DNA of 64,000 nucleotides from Babesia bigemina (Eukaryota): NCBI RefSeq assembly GCF_000981445.1, contig NC_027216.1, positions 744,001 to 808,000 of the forward strand, read 5' to 3'. Shown piece by piece: positions 21,909 to 33,445 of this stretch (position 1 is its first letter; each line of letters starts with the position of its first letter). The notes under the pieces were generated by a model. It saw only the letters and a program-made list of their open reading frames with translations, ran no database searches and was not told where the DNA came from. The position numbers and the translations under genes were made by a program.

Positions 21909-24900
21909 CTAGTGTATGGATGCGGTAGATCCATTGGCGGCCTGGTGGGAAGGCACCAGGTAGTTGCGAATCGCAGATGCGCATGCTGCCGTCAGCTGCG
22001 ACACCGCAATGTTGAACCTCCGCGCGTACTCCACAATGTCCTCCTCGCAGTTGAACACGATGTCGAAGGCGGTGACGCTGTACGACCGCATCGGCTCGCA
22101 GTACGATTGGCCCTCCCTGGGCGACTCCTTCGACTCGGGGTACCACATGATCACAACTGAGCACGTGCGCGACGACACGTCCAGCCGACGGATCTCGACG
22201 TTCCACAGCGGGTGGATGCACCTGCGAGCTCTTAACGCCCATGACGGCGGCACTTACGTCGCCTCGAAGAGGGATGTGTGCGGCTTCTCGCGCACCAGCA
22301 GGAAGAAGGTGTCGTTGCAGACCACGAAACGGCGCTTCCGCTCCGAATCCAGGACCATGACACAGGGGTACTTGCGGACCTTCTCCAGCGAGACCAGCGC
22401 GCCCAGCGTCACGGGGGTGCCGTTTATTGCGATCTGCTCCTCCTTGAGCAGAGGGCAACGGTCGTAGGCGGCAGTTCGCCGCGACCTGGGCGAAAGCGTG
22501 GTACCGTCCTGACTCGGGACGCACGAGCCCAGTTCCTCTAGCGTGTCCTTCACGAGGCACGCGACTTGCAGGTGCCTGCGGAACAGCTGCAGCGGCTCAC
22601 GCATCACCTCCCACGTGTCGTACTTCTGAGCCTTCACGAGACGCGACTCGGCCACAAGATCCTGCTGGTTGCGCTGGTTCGACGCGCGGTCGGCGGTAGT
22701 CTTGCGGTCTTGCCAGTCGCCGAACAGCCACAAGCTGATAGGCGTGCGATGGGTCATCACCTCGTTGAGCACCTCGGGGTAGATGCTCCGAGCAGCTCCC
22801 GCCGCAGCCACGTGCTCCTTCGACTGCGGCTCCGCGCCGTCTTTGGCGCTGGAGGCGATGGTGGGCAGCGAGCTGGACCTCGTTAGACTCCGGTCGCTCC
22901 GACGCAGCCTGCGCCTCACCGAACCGTTGCGCTCAGGGTCGAGCAGGATGTGCGGGTACTCCAGAATGTTCAACCGACGCGTGACACCGGCCTCCAGCCG
23001 CAGCCATTCGTCGTAGAAAACGGAGATGTGCAGCGACGTGCAGTGCTCGAGCTCGCTGTCGATCAGCAGCGCCAGCTCGTTGAACCCGGTGTCCAGGTGG
23101 AAACGGATCTCGTCCACCATCGACGCGATCTCGCTCGGGTTGTACTGCTGGATTATGTCGATGCTGTTGAGCGCCACGGAGAGCACCACGCTCAACGTCT
23201 GGACGCGCAGGCTCGGCGAGCTGAGGTGCTTCGCGACGGAGTTGATACCCTGGACCACCACGTGCAAACCCTGGGCAGTGCTCGGCACGGCGATGAACTG
23301 CTCGAAGGGGAAGTCGCCCGCGATGTCGGGGCTGGGCGCCTGCTTCATGAACGAGTTCTGCAGGCTGTGCATCAGCGCCATTAGCATCGACAGCCGGCTG
23401 TCGTTCCTAGACACGCAGCAGATGCCGATGCGCACGAACTCGCCCATCACCAGGTTGGGAACGTAGTCGCCCGAGGTGCTCCGCTCCTTCTGGCCGTGGC
23501 CGTCTTGCAGCTGGATGGAGTGAGGGCCGTAGACGTGCCGCTCCCACGCGTTCATGCAGCTGAACACCGCAGCCACCTTAGCGTCCGCCGTCTGTGCGTC
23601 CAAGGCGGCCTTGTCATCCGCAGACGCCTCGGCGGATTTCTCGCCGTTGCTGTTGCACACGTTGAAAAACGCGACGTGCTCCAGGACCTTCCTCGGGATG
23701 AACGGGCACATCGTCAGCAGCAGAATGTACCGGCGCACATCGTCCCTCCTCGCTGACTGCGCAGCATGCGGCGACGGATCACAAACACGCACTCACCGCC
23801 AAATGGGTAACCAGAAGGTAGTAGGCCACGTTCGGTAGCATCTCGTTTGCCAGCAGCATCGCCGGGATGTTCATGTTCTGGAAGTCCGCCATCGACCGCG
23901 GCGTCGAGGACGTGGAGGCTGACTCGCCGCCCTGCGAGGCGGTGTCGCCTTCGCAGGTGGGCGACGTGCCCCCCGCCTCGCCGTCCGCCTCGAGGCGAAG
24001 CACGGTGCCGGCGAACAGGTCGCTCTTGTTGGTCGCGTAAACGCCCAAAAGCCCATTCTGCGTCAGCAGCTGCTGGTACGCGGACCTGAAGAAGCCGCAC
24101 TGCGGCAACTCGGGGACGTCGACGGCATCCAAAAGAGACGCCTCGGTGTCGCGGCCGCGCAGCAGCGAGCACAGCAGCGGGAAGAAACACGTGCTGAACA
24201 GCCGTCGAAGAAGCGCCTGAAGAGGACATGGGGCAAATCACGGAGCGCGGCGTACCTCGTTGACGTCGGCGTTACCGACGTCCATCACGTCCATGAGGAA
24301 CTGGAACACGTCGTCGCACTGCGCTGCAGCGGCATTGGCATCGCGTCACTGGTGACTCACTCAGCAGGATGGACTCCGTCTGGCCGACGCTTTGGAACGT
24401 GGCGTTCTTGACGTGCTTGTTGAGCCGACGCCAGCTGTACCTCAGGTACAGGGCCATTTGCGTCAGGATGTGCGACTTGTCCAACAGGTACCGCGTCACG
24501 GATGGGTCGTTCACTGCACGGGCCGTCAGCAGTTGTTCCACGGGACTCACGTCGCAATATGTTGAGCATGATCGTCATCGCGTGCGCGCGCTTCATGCTG
24601 TCGCTGCTGGAGAGCAGCTTCACGGCCTCGTCCAGAAGCGGAAACGTTTCATTGCCCTGGCACTTCTGACGCGGAAAACGCACAGCATACCTCCTGGCAG
24701 AAGAACTTTATCGTGGTCTGGTTGAGAATGCCGCTCAGGGTCTTCAGCAGCGAAGCGGTCCAACTGCTGACGTCGCCGCCGGTGTGCATGTTGGGGTGGG
24801 TGATGAGCGCGTTGAGGTAGTTGTTGGACAGGAGGTAGTCTGCAAAGATTCAGCGTCGACGCACTTGGGCACTTACACAGCATCCGCTCGTTCACCACGT

Positions 24901-25282
24901 TGTGGATGATCATGGAGATCGTCTGCAGCAGCTGGATGCGCACCAGCCTGAAGTGGGAATTCGGCAGCACCGCGGTGAGGAAATCCATCATGTTCTCCTC
25001 GCAGAAGTAGCTGCAACAGTATGACGCAACCTGACACGCCCGCCTACTCAAACAGGGGCTCGAAATCATTCTTCTCTCCCCAAATCACCAGCTCCGCAAG
25101 CTGCTTGAGGGCGTCTACCACATCACCTGCCGCAGCCGTGCGAACCATCTGCCGATTGAGCACGCTGCTGTGGAGCATCCTGCGCGCCGTTAACGCGATG
25201 CCGCGAGGAGTTACCTCAGTTGCTCCAGGTATGTCATTGCGACATCCTGGGCGTCGGGAGTCTCGCCGCCACTTTCCGCCAT
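21909..25282 (-). CDS. CLEC16A/TT9/GOP-1-like FPL-domain protein; multi-exon
   Basis: VVDALKQLAELVIWGEKND..LFE|YFCEENMM, RIQLLQTISMIIHNV, YLLSNNYLNALI, LLKTLS, FPLLDEAVK, MKRAHAMTIMLNI. Confidence 0.82.
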
Positions 25283-25523
25283 CCACGATTCTCAGTGTGT
25301 CACGACATCCTAATATGACAAAAGACAAGGTGGTGTGCGCCGGGATGGACGTGCGTCCTACACCGCGAAAGGAGCATCAACGCTGCGCGCCCGTCCCCAT
25401 CGGAGGATGTGTAGGAGCAGGCGGGCACAACGGGCGGCTCCGAAGCTACTGCATACGGTTTATACGTTTAACACTGGCGTTCGTGTGAGTTTATGCGTGA
25501 CAGCCTGGCGCGGAGGCGCCGGG

Positions 25524-26685
25524 TCAGGCCGTTTCCAGGGCTTCGAGGTTCGCCACGGCGTACGGACCCTTGATGTAGGAACCGTACACGAGGTGTGCCT
25601 TCATGGGTAATTTGAAGGGTGTGCCGTCGCACAAGGTGACTTCGTGCACCTCGCCCTGCGAGTACGATAAGCGCTACGCTACTACACAACGCACCTTGAA
25701 GAGGTACAGAATGTACAGCTGAGTCCCGTCTTCAGAGTTGGCTACGTTGTCGTGTTCAACCTGGAGAGTTGTGAGGTTAGGTGTGTACTCATGAAAAGCG
25801 CAGTTACGAAGTCAGGGGAGCGCTTGCGCGGGTCGTCGTACGCCCGGCCGCTGCCCCGCGAAGCAGTAGCCAATCGATGACACATAATCACAGCAAAACA
25901 CACACATGCTGCGCAATTTAGGCGTGCATGGCGCTTGTATGGCCCAGAAAACGTGCATTTAGGCGAAACTTACAAAATCCATCGGATTGTAGAATCCAGG
26001 CAGAAACGCGTAAGACATGTGCCCATTGGAGTTTACGTGCAACGCACCGTGCTCAATCAGCAGTTGCAGCTGCACGGTCACCTCGATGAACGGGCCTCTG
26101 AGGTGGTGCGCCTCGATGGTTTCGACCGGAGAGATGCTTTGCGGGTCCCTCAGAGTCAGGTTGCCGTACAGCGCCTTCTTGACCACCAACCCTGCGGCGT
26201 AGGTCGAAGCACAACGCGGCGCTTACCTTGGCTGTTGTACTGTTGCAGCACCGATGCGATATATGCTTGGGTGTGGTCCTGCAAAAAGTGGCGATAGCGC
26301 TCCTTGAGCTCATCGCCGACCGTCTGCAACTGGTCGGTCAGCTGCTCGCCCATGCGGAAGCCGTTCTTCAGGTCGTACAGCAGCCGCTTGTACTCGTCGC
26401 CCAGAATGTCGTAAGCGCTTCGCACGTCATTCAGCAGCGGTGCCGCGGCCTGGTCTTGGCATCTGCGAGCGTTGAGGGCTGCACATACGCGGCCTACTTG
26501 TCTGGGTGGAGCAGCCGGGCGAAGTGGTAGTACGCCCTGCGCACTTCCGCTGTCTTGCAGTCGCTCGCGAGCTCCAAGATGTCGTAGAGCGAGGCTTTGC
26601 GCTTGCGGAGGATGCTGGCGCGCCTGGCGGTGTACTCCTCGATGGAACTGGAGGGAGGCGACGCAGGGAGCGTCGAGGCCTCCAT
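25524..26685 (-). CDS. DnaJ protein, DNAJC11-like (J domain plus DUF3395-like C-terminus); multi-exon
   Basis: LYDILEL..VRRAY..LLHPDK, AYDILGDEYKRLLYD; then VVKKALYG, IEVTVQLQLLI, LPGFYNP, LYILYLFK, HEVTL..PFKLP. Confidence 0.8.
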
Positions 26686-26838
26686 CGCTGCCGGTACCTA
26701 GACGCTCTACACACTCGCACGATAACGGTTAATTAGGCCATTTCCTACGTGAGTGACGGGCAGCCAGTCGTTATGCAGCGCGAATCCCTCCGTCTACACC
26801 CCGCAGCAGTGTGTAGGCGTCCCCACGTCCACTCGGCT

Positions 26839-27776
26839 TTACAGGCGCTTCTTCGCGAAGTTCACAGCCATGACCAGCAGAATAGACACCAGCAATCGGA
26901 TGGGTTCCACCACCTTGGTGGCGATGTAGGCCACCGTGAACTTCGCGATGTTACTCTCCATGTCTGGCACCTGGAAGTGCGTGACGTTGATTCTCTCCAA
27001 AATCTTGCGGAGGTCGCTGCTGGACAGAACGCCGCCAAATGTCAGCACGTTCATCAACAGGAGCGTGGCGACGTACACCCTGCAGCCAACGTGTCGCGCA
27101 ATCGCGGCGCCTTACCCGAAATAAATTGCAGCTCCAAGTTTGCCGTACTTCTTCATAGAAAACACGGCCAGCTTGCCGAGCTGTAGCTTATGGGTGCTTT
27201 ACCTAGTCGACCTACCGCGGTAGACTTCTTTACCATCTTCTCCTTTAGCTCCCGCATCCTCTTGCGGTGTAACGCGTTCCTCGGGATCGCGCCGAATTTC
27301 AGCTTCTTTTCCAAAAGATACCTTTTGACAACGCTCAGGCGGTTCTTGGAGCGCTGGAGGGCGTGGTGTCGTACGAAAATCTTAAACAGGGCAAAACGGC
27401 TCTTGAGTCGCAGCAGGGCCCTGCGGAACGCCTTCCGCCTTCTCAGCAGCTTCTCCTTGAAATTCGGTTTGACATCCGGAGCGCAATGCGATGGTGTGTC
27501 CGACTCGGACGCAGGTTCCGAATTGGTGTTTTTACTGCCGCTCTGCGATTCTACGTCCTTGGAAGGCGCATCTCGGTGAAAGAAGCGACCAGGTGGTCGA
27601 TTCGCTAGATTTATGCACGACGGATGCTGATGAATGTGTCCGTGTGGAACCCGAGTAGATGAAAAGCGTAGCGGCGGCAGCGGTTGCCGGAGCGTTCTGA
27701 GCGGATAATACAGGCTCGGGATTCCAGGCCTAAGCGCCAACTGGCGCAAGCCTAGAAAAAAGGAACGCGTGCACAT
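26839..27776 (-). CDS. FAM210/DUF1279-like mitochondrial membrane protein; multi-exon
   Basis: Mitochondrial-type basic leader; KKYGKLGAAIYFG|VYVATLL; FTVAYIATKVVEPIRLLVSI. Confidence 0.75.
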
Positions 27777-28436
27777 CTGTCGTTCAGATGTCGAAGTAGC
27801 TGCAGTAATGTGTTAGCTGCAAAAGAATCCACCAGACAACTCGGGTTACTATCTGCGGCGTCCGGACACGCGATCGACTCCACACGCACATGAACATTAA
27901 AGTTCGTTATTAATGGGCGATGTTGAGCATTTTCCTTTCATAATGGAACTGATAACAGCGCAGAAGCTGTATTTATGAACGCGTAGGACGTATCGTTGAC
28001 GGCCGTTTGGTGAACACATGTAGAGGCTTGGAAGGCCGACATCCGACGTTATGCGAAATGCGCAATCCTTCGCCTAATTTCCAGCCGTCGTATCGGTTGC
28101 GGACGCTATCGGCGGGCAGCAGCCGAGAATGACCCGCAAGAAATCGCGGGGTAAGCCACCAGTGCCAAATAACCGAGCATGCGTGCACTCGGTAAACGAC
28201 ACAGCCTATTATACCGGCTCTAATGCAGCCCTATTTAAGCCACTGGGCTGCACCATTCCGCTCTCCAGTGGCCCTTGGCCGCGTATTGAAAAATGTATTA
28301 GGGCAGGGTGCCAGTGTTAAACCGCCGTTGCACTTTCATGACGGAAAACGCCTAGTTTTATCGGATATTGCGCATTGTACTGCTAGGATGTGACGGGCAG
28401 CTGTCGCCGTGGGCCCTAGCCCGCGGCACGGCGAAC

Positions 28437-29613
28437 TCACTTCGGCTCCGCTTTGAGTCCGGAGGTCTCCATCCAGGCCTGACGGTACGCGTCCTCGTCG
28501 TAAGCGAAGTGGAACGTAGACGCAGGGCCGTGCCTGTAACCCTCAGCAATGCCATTCAAGACGTGCCTGGCGCAGTCAATCTTCGTGGCTTTCGGGTGTC
28601 TGTTCTTCTCCCCGCAGATGAGGTACGTGGAGCAGCAGATCATGGACTTGCGTGACCTCGTGGGATCGCGCTTCGCCATGCCGTTGTGGTCGCAAACGGC
28701 AGTCATGAGGTTCTCCCCAGTGGCGTGGAGAGCCTGGTAGAAGTCACCGACGTCAGCGTAGTTCTGGGCCTGCGGCTCCACGACATAGATCAGTCCCATG
28801 TTGTGAACGTTGTCGTACGGGTGCTTTTTGAAAATGCAGATGAAAACGACACCCTCGCCCGGCGCCTTGAAACTCTGCTGATTCTTCGAAACGCGGCACA
28901 TTGCGAATTTCAAATCAGGGTGCTGGAAGGCACAGTTAGCCATGGTAACAGTGAATACAGTGGGATCGGCAGCATGCGCAGCCATAGCCTCCTGATAGAG
29001 CGTCGAAAATAGCTTGGTGTAAGCATCGATGCTGTGGCCAGTGGACTTAAGCAGTTCGGTGAAGTGGACGTGTTGATGCCCCTTTGACGGCATGGCGAAC
29101 GATGTGCTTCCGGCAATGACCTTGCAGCAGTGCTCGCCAGCGTCGGCTTTGAAAGCGTGGGCCAATTCCCCGGCGTTCGGCTGCGCATTAAATGAGACGT
29201 AAGCAGGTGAAATGCGAGAACCCTTGAACTCGGGGTGTTTACGCATGTAAATGTGGACACCCGGAATGTACACGGGCCCCTTCGAACGCGGGTTGGTGCA
29301 CTTGTTCAGCGCAGTTTCGAAGCGAATGGTGGTCGCCGCGTTCTTCATCATAAGCGCGTGCTGGAGTTGCACGCAGTGAGGGATGGCATCACCCAGCGCG
29401 CTCAGAATGAGCACCTCAGTACCTGCAGAGCGGTCATCACGCCACGGAGCGAAGCGACCTACCTCCTGCCAACAACTCGCATGATGTGCGGATGAAGAAC
29501 GGCCGCGGGCGCTGCACGGAGATGAGCAGCACCTTAGAGTTAGGGTAGTCCTTGCAGATGGCCTCCAAGTTTACCTTGGGGCCGCTCTTGGGCGCTTCGA
29601 CCGCGCCAGTCAT
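28437..29613 (-). CDS. ALBA4: Alba-domain nucleic-acid-binding protein, Alba4-type; 2 coding exons
   Basis: PNSKVLLISV.R...R...ELLAGG|TEVLILSALGDAIPHCVQLQ...YM.KHPEFKGSRISP.YVSF, matching the apicomplexan Alba4 N-terminus as I recall it. Confidence 0.85.
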
Positions 29614-30507
29614 TTTGCGGCGCTGCGCGTTGGTATTACCGGCGAGCAGTTGCGTTCGCTGGTGGCCGGACGGACCACAGAAACACACACGATATCGCTA
29701 AGCGACTCACGTGGACTGCGCCCTACACGTCGGTGGGTCAGATTTAATTACGAAAACTACTATCGTAGCGGAAAATGTTGAACTGCGACAGCCCCATTCC
29801 TGGGTCCGGGACGCCATTGCATCGGAGGCGGGTAATGCCAACTCATAGTAGCATTGCATACGGTATCCCGATCGCGCAAGCGCGAATTCCGGAAAATAAT
29901 AAATACGGAAGCTGTTTTGACGGTATATTCAACGCAGGGAACGGTGTTCGCGTACATGGATATGTCGACGCCGCGCGCCCTCCCGGACTCGGCATTTCTA
30001 CCGTCAACACGTTGCCGCTGCTGTCAGCGAATACTGCAGCTTCAAAAGGTGTATCTAGTTGCATTTGCAGTCGGTGGCCAAAGACTCCGCGGTTCGGCGG
30101 CCGACTATGCTCTTGTCCGTGCAGAGTCCACGAAGTTGAGCGCGCAGGCGCAGCTGCGTGCCTGCATTGGTCGCGCAATAAGTATTCTGTAGGCTCACAT
30201 CATCCGCTTCCGTGCATGACATGGGCTGTGTTTTTAAGCGGCGTCGCCGGGAGTATTGCAGTAGCACCGGATATGCGGATGACCTCGCTCCTGATTTTCG
30301 ACGTTGCATATAGTCCACTGCAGTAGTGGAGGTCTCGTGGATGTATAAGGTTTGAATAGTATACATTAGAGGCCCTAGGTTGTGGCGTGACCGACCGTCA
30401 TAGCAGTCCTCCCGATGCCAAGTCGGAGCGTATCACGATACGATTGTGTATTGCGCGAAAGTCGTTTCCACCGATGTTCCCAGTCTGGGGCGGAGCGGCG
30501 GAATTAC

Positions 30508-30828
30508 TTATGGTTCCACGATACGTAGGGCTTGGCCATACTCTACTCTCCTCACGGCAACATGCAGTTCGTCGTCGCAGACACCGGTGCTTCGCTTCAA
30601 GATTATCAACATCAGAACCAGCAGGGCCAGAAAAATGAGTACAACACTCAGCACGTGGTATATTGTTATGCCACTGCTCTCTGCGCTGTGATCAGAATCC
30701 GCACTGGAGCCGCGTTCAACGTCATCGTAGTGAGCGGAGGCCCCTGCATCCAGCTTATCATGCACTTGAATGGCGCTGTCGGTGTCCATGCGGCTAATAG
30801 CCTCCTCGCTGTCTCTCATTCTTGACAT
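30508..30828 (-). CDS. Small hypothetical single-pass membrane protein
   Basis: 106 aa ORF, AAAATG start context, acidic N-terminus, strong TM (IYHVLSVVLIFLALLVLMLIIL) followed by KR. Confidence 0.55.
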   Translation of the reverse strand: MSRMRDSEEAISRMDTDSAIQVHDKLDAGASAHYDDVERGSSADSDHSAESSGITIYHVLSVVLIFLALLVLMLIILKRSTGVCDDELHVAVRRVEYGQALRIVEP

Positions 30829-31959
30829 TTTGGTGGGCGTCGTCTATGCTAATCTTGTCGCCACAAAGCTTACAAAAGATCTCGCTGACGTTCTGTGCCA
30901 ATATCCACTGACCTATTCGTTGCGTATGGCGGGCTTTCACTTTGCCATGACTCGCGCGGCGGCTCGTCTCGCTAACCGTGGACACTCAATTTTTTATGCG
31001 GTGTCCTTGCGCTGAGCATGGAAGACAAAGCACTACGGCGCAACAAAATACTTTGTGGCCGCGTCGCGGATGTGGAGATGCGTACATGAGTTCAAGCGGG
31101 CATGGCAAATCGGTGGCGTCTCGTCTTCCGAAGCCAGATCTCAGTACTGGCGATGCGCCGGTCCCCACTGGCGGTGCCTCGACGTAACAATAATGAGTGG
31201 GCCCTCAGTCCACTGCATTGCAACTGCGGAATCGCAGAATTTGGCATGTCTCTGTAGCACCAAATAATGTGTGAGGCGGCGTTATTGGCCTGCCACATGC
31301 GACGTTATAGACGCAATGCAGCCGCGGTGGGCACCAACTCTGCCGTCACGAAAGACATGTCCTGTTTGCCCGTTATGTGTGCTATGTGGCAGAAACGGCA
31401 GTGCCTACAATCAGACGTCCTACATGCCCCAATTACTCGTCTGGTGCACATAAGAGGCACGAGTACACGTGTCTAGACCCGGGGTGTACGCGCATCGTAC
31501 GTCAGATGTCGTGCGCATTGACTACCGCTTGCTGATGTGATTCGGGCACCAGTCTGTCTGTGGCAGTTAAGGCGACTGTAGTTGCCGCCGGCAAGGGCTG
31601 TATGATGTCCGGGAAGTCCGGGGACACCTGAACAGACTCAGCCTACGGCCAAAATCCGGTATAAGCGACTAAATAGAACGTAGGCTGGCACCACACCGTA
31701 ACTATATCGCAATAGCGCCCATATAAGCAGAGAAATGGCGTAGCTGTCATGAGTAAGAAGGTCACAGCATCGGCGCCTTCACAGAGAGCTCAGGCTCAAA
31801 TATAATACCAACGGCACGATACGCGTATATAATGCTACACATCACTCAAAATAAATAATTGGTGCTGGGTGTGTACTGGTTGGAGGGCTGTATGGGCAGC
31901 GACGACGACAGCGAGGCCGTCCACCCACGATCAGGGGTTGTACACATGTCAGTCGGAAA

Positions 31960-33445
31960 ATGGCCCTGTCGCACTTTTTCGTTATCTCCAGCTGCGGGGA
32001 CCGACTGCTGCTGCGCAGCCTGCGCGGAGAAGGCGCCGAAGGTGGGCTGCAGGACACACCTGGTCACGTACTCTCAGGCTCCGTGGACGAGTTCTACAGC
32101 GCGGTCACCGAGCGCGGAGAGGACGCCCGGCCGGTGTTTAAGCTCTCGGATGTGCTGTACTACCACGTCAAGCGCTATGGGCTCTACTTCGTGGCCACGA
32201 CGTCGTTCGCGGTGCCGCCGTCGTTTGTCTTCGAGCTAATCAATCGCATAATCGCAGCCTTTAAGGTGGGTCGACGGCGCCGGCGCGGCACACTTCGCAG
32301 GACTTCTGCGGCACGCTCAGCGAGGAGTCGATGCGCCGCAACTTCGTGCTGGCGTACGAGGTGCTGGACGAAATCCTGGACTTCGGCTACGTGCAGTGCA
32401 CGAACACGTCGCAGCTGAAACAGAAGGTCTACAATGTGGCGGTCATGCCCGCAACGCACTCGCGGCCAGTGGTGAGTTTGGCACCGGCATTCGTAAAGTT
32501 GCGGCAGGTGGGAATGCGTTCCAACGCTTTGGCGTACCCGATGACGCTGCCCAGCGTGGTCTCGCAGCGACCGCTCGCGGGCGGTTCTACGCGTGGCAGC
32601 GAGATATTTGTGGACGTCGTGGAGAAGCTGTCGGCGGTCCTGGGTGCCGACGAGACATACAGGAGTGTCACCGTCGATGGGCACATCCAAGTCAAGAGCT
32701 TTCTGCGGGGGTCGCCGCCGGTCAAGCTGGCGCTCAACGAGGGAATCGTGATCAACAGCCGCCGCGGAAAGGTGCCAAACGTGCCGGTGCTGGACTTCTG
32801 CAACCTGCACCAGAGCGTCGACACCTCGGAGTTCGAGAAGTCGCGCGTGCTCTCGTTCACGCCCATGGAGGGCGAGTTCACGCTCATGACATACCGCATG
32901 TCAGGAAGCGCGGTGCTGCCGTTTAAGGTGAAGGCGGCGATTGAATTAAACAAGGACTCGGTAGTTGGAGCCGCCACACAGTTAACGTCAATGCAGGCGA
33001 GCGTCACCATCAACGTGTTCTGCAGCATCAACCAGAACCTAGACGCCAGCGTCACACTGCGCTGCCCGGTGCCGCGGGCGACCAGCGACGCGACGCTAAG
33101 CGTGATGCCGCCAGACGCCGGCACCACCTCGGAATACAGGGCTAGTGAACACGCGTTACTGTGGACCATCAAGCGATTCAGAGTAAGCGGTCTTACGCGC
33201 CCGACAATGCCGTGCAGGGAGGGACCGGTATGTCCTTCAAGGCGGCGCTGAATTTCGCCCCGCAAGCCGCAAGTGTGTCGCGAAGAGAGTTCGGTCCCAT
33301 AAACGTGGCATTCGAGGTGCCCAAGTACTGCGTCTCGAACGTCCACGTGAGGTACATGCGGGTCATGCAGCCGCAGTCGAGCGCGCAGACGTACCGATGG
33401 GTGCGCTACATCACATTGTCGAACTCGTACCTGTGCCGTTTCTAG
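31960..33445 (+). CDS. AP4M1: Adaptor complex medium (mu) chain, AP-4 mu-like; multi-exon
   Basis: LSHFFVISSCGD, LSEESMRRNFVLAYEVLDEILDFGYVQ.T, EIFVDVVEKL, IQVKSFL.G.P...LALNE, GEFTLMTYR, FGPINVAFEVP, YRWVRYIT. Confidence 0.88.
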
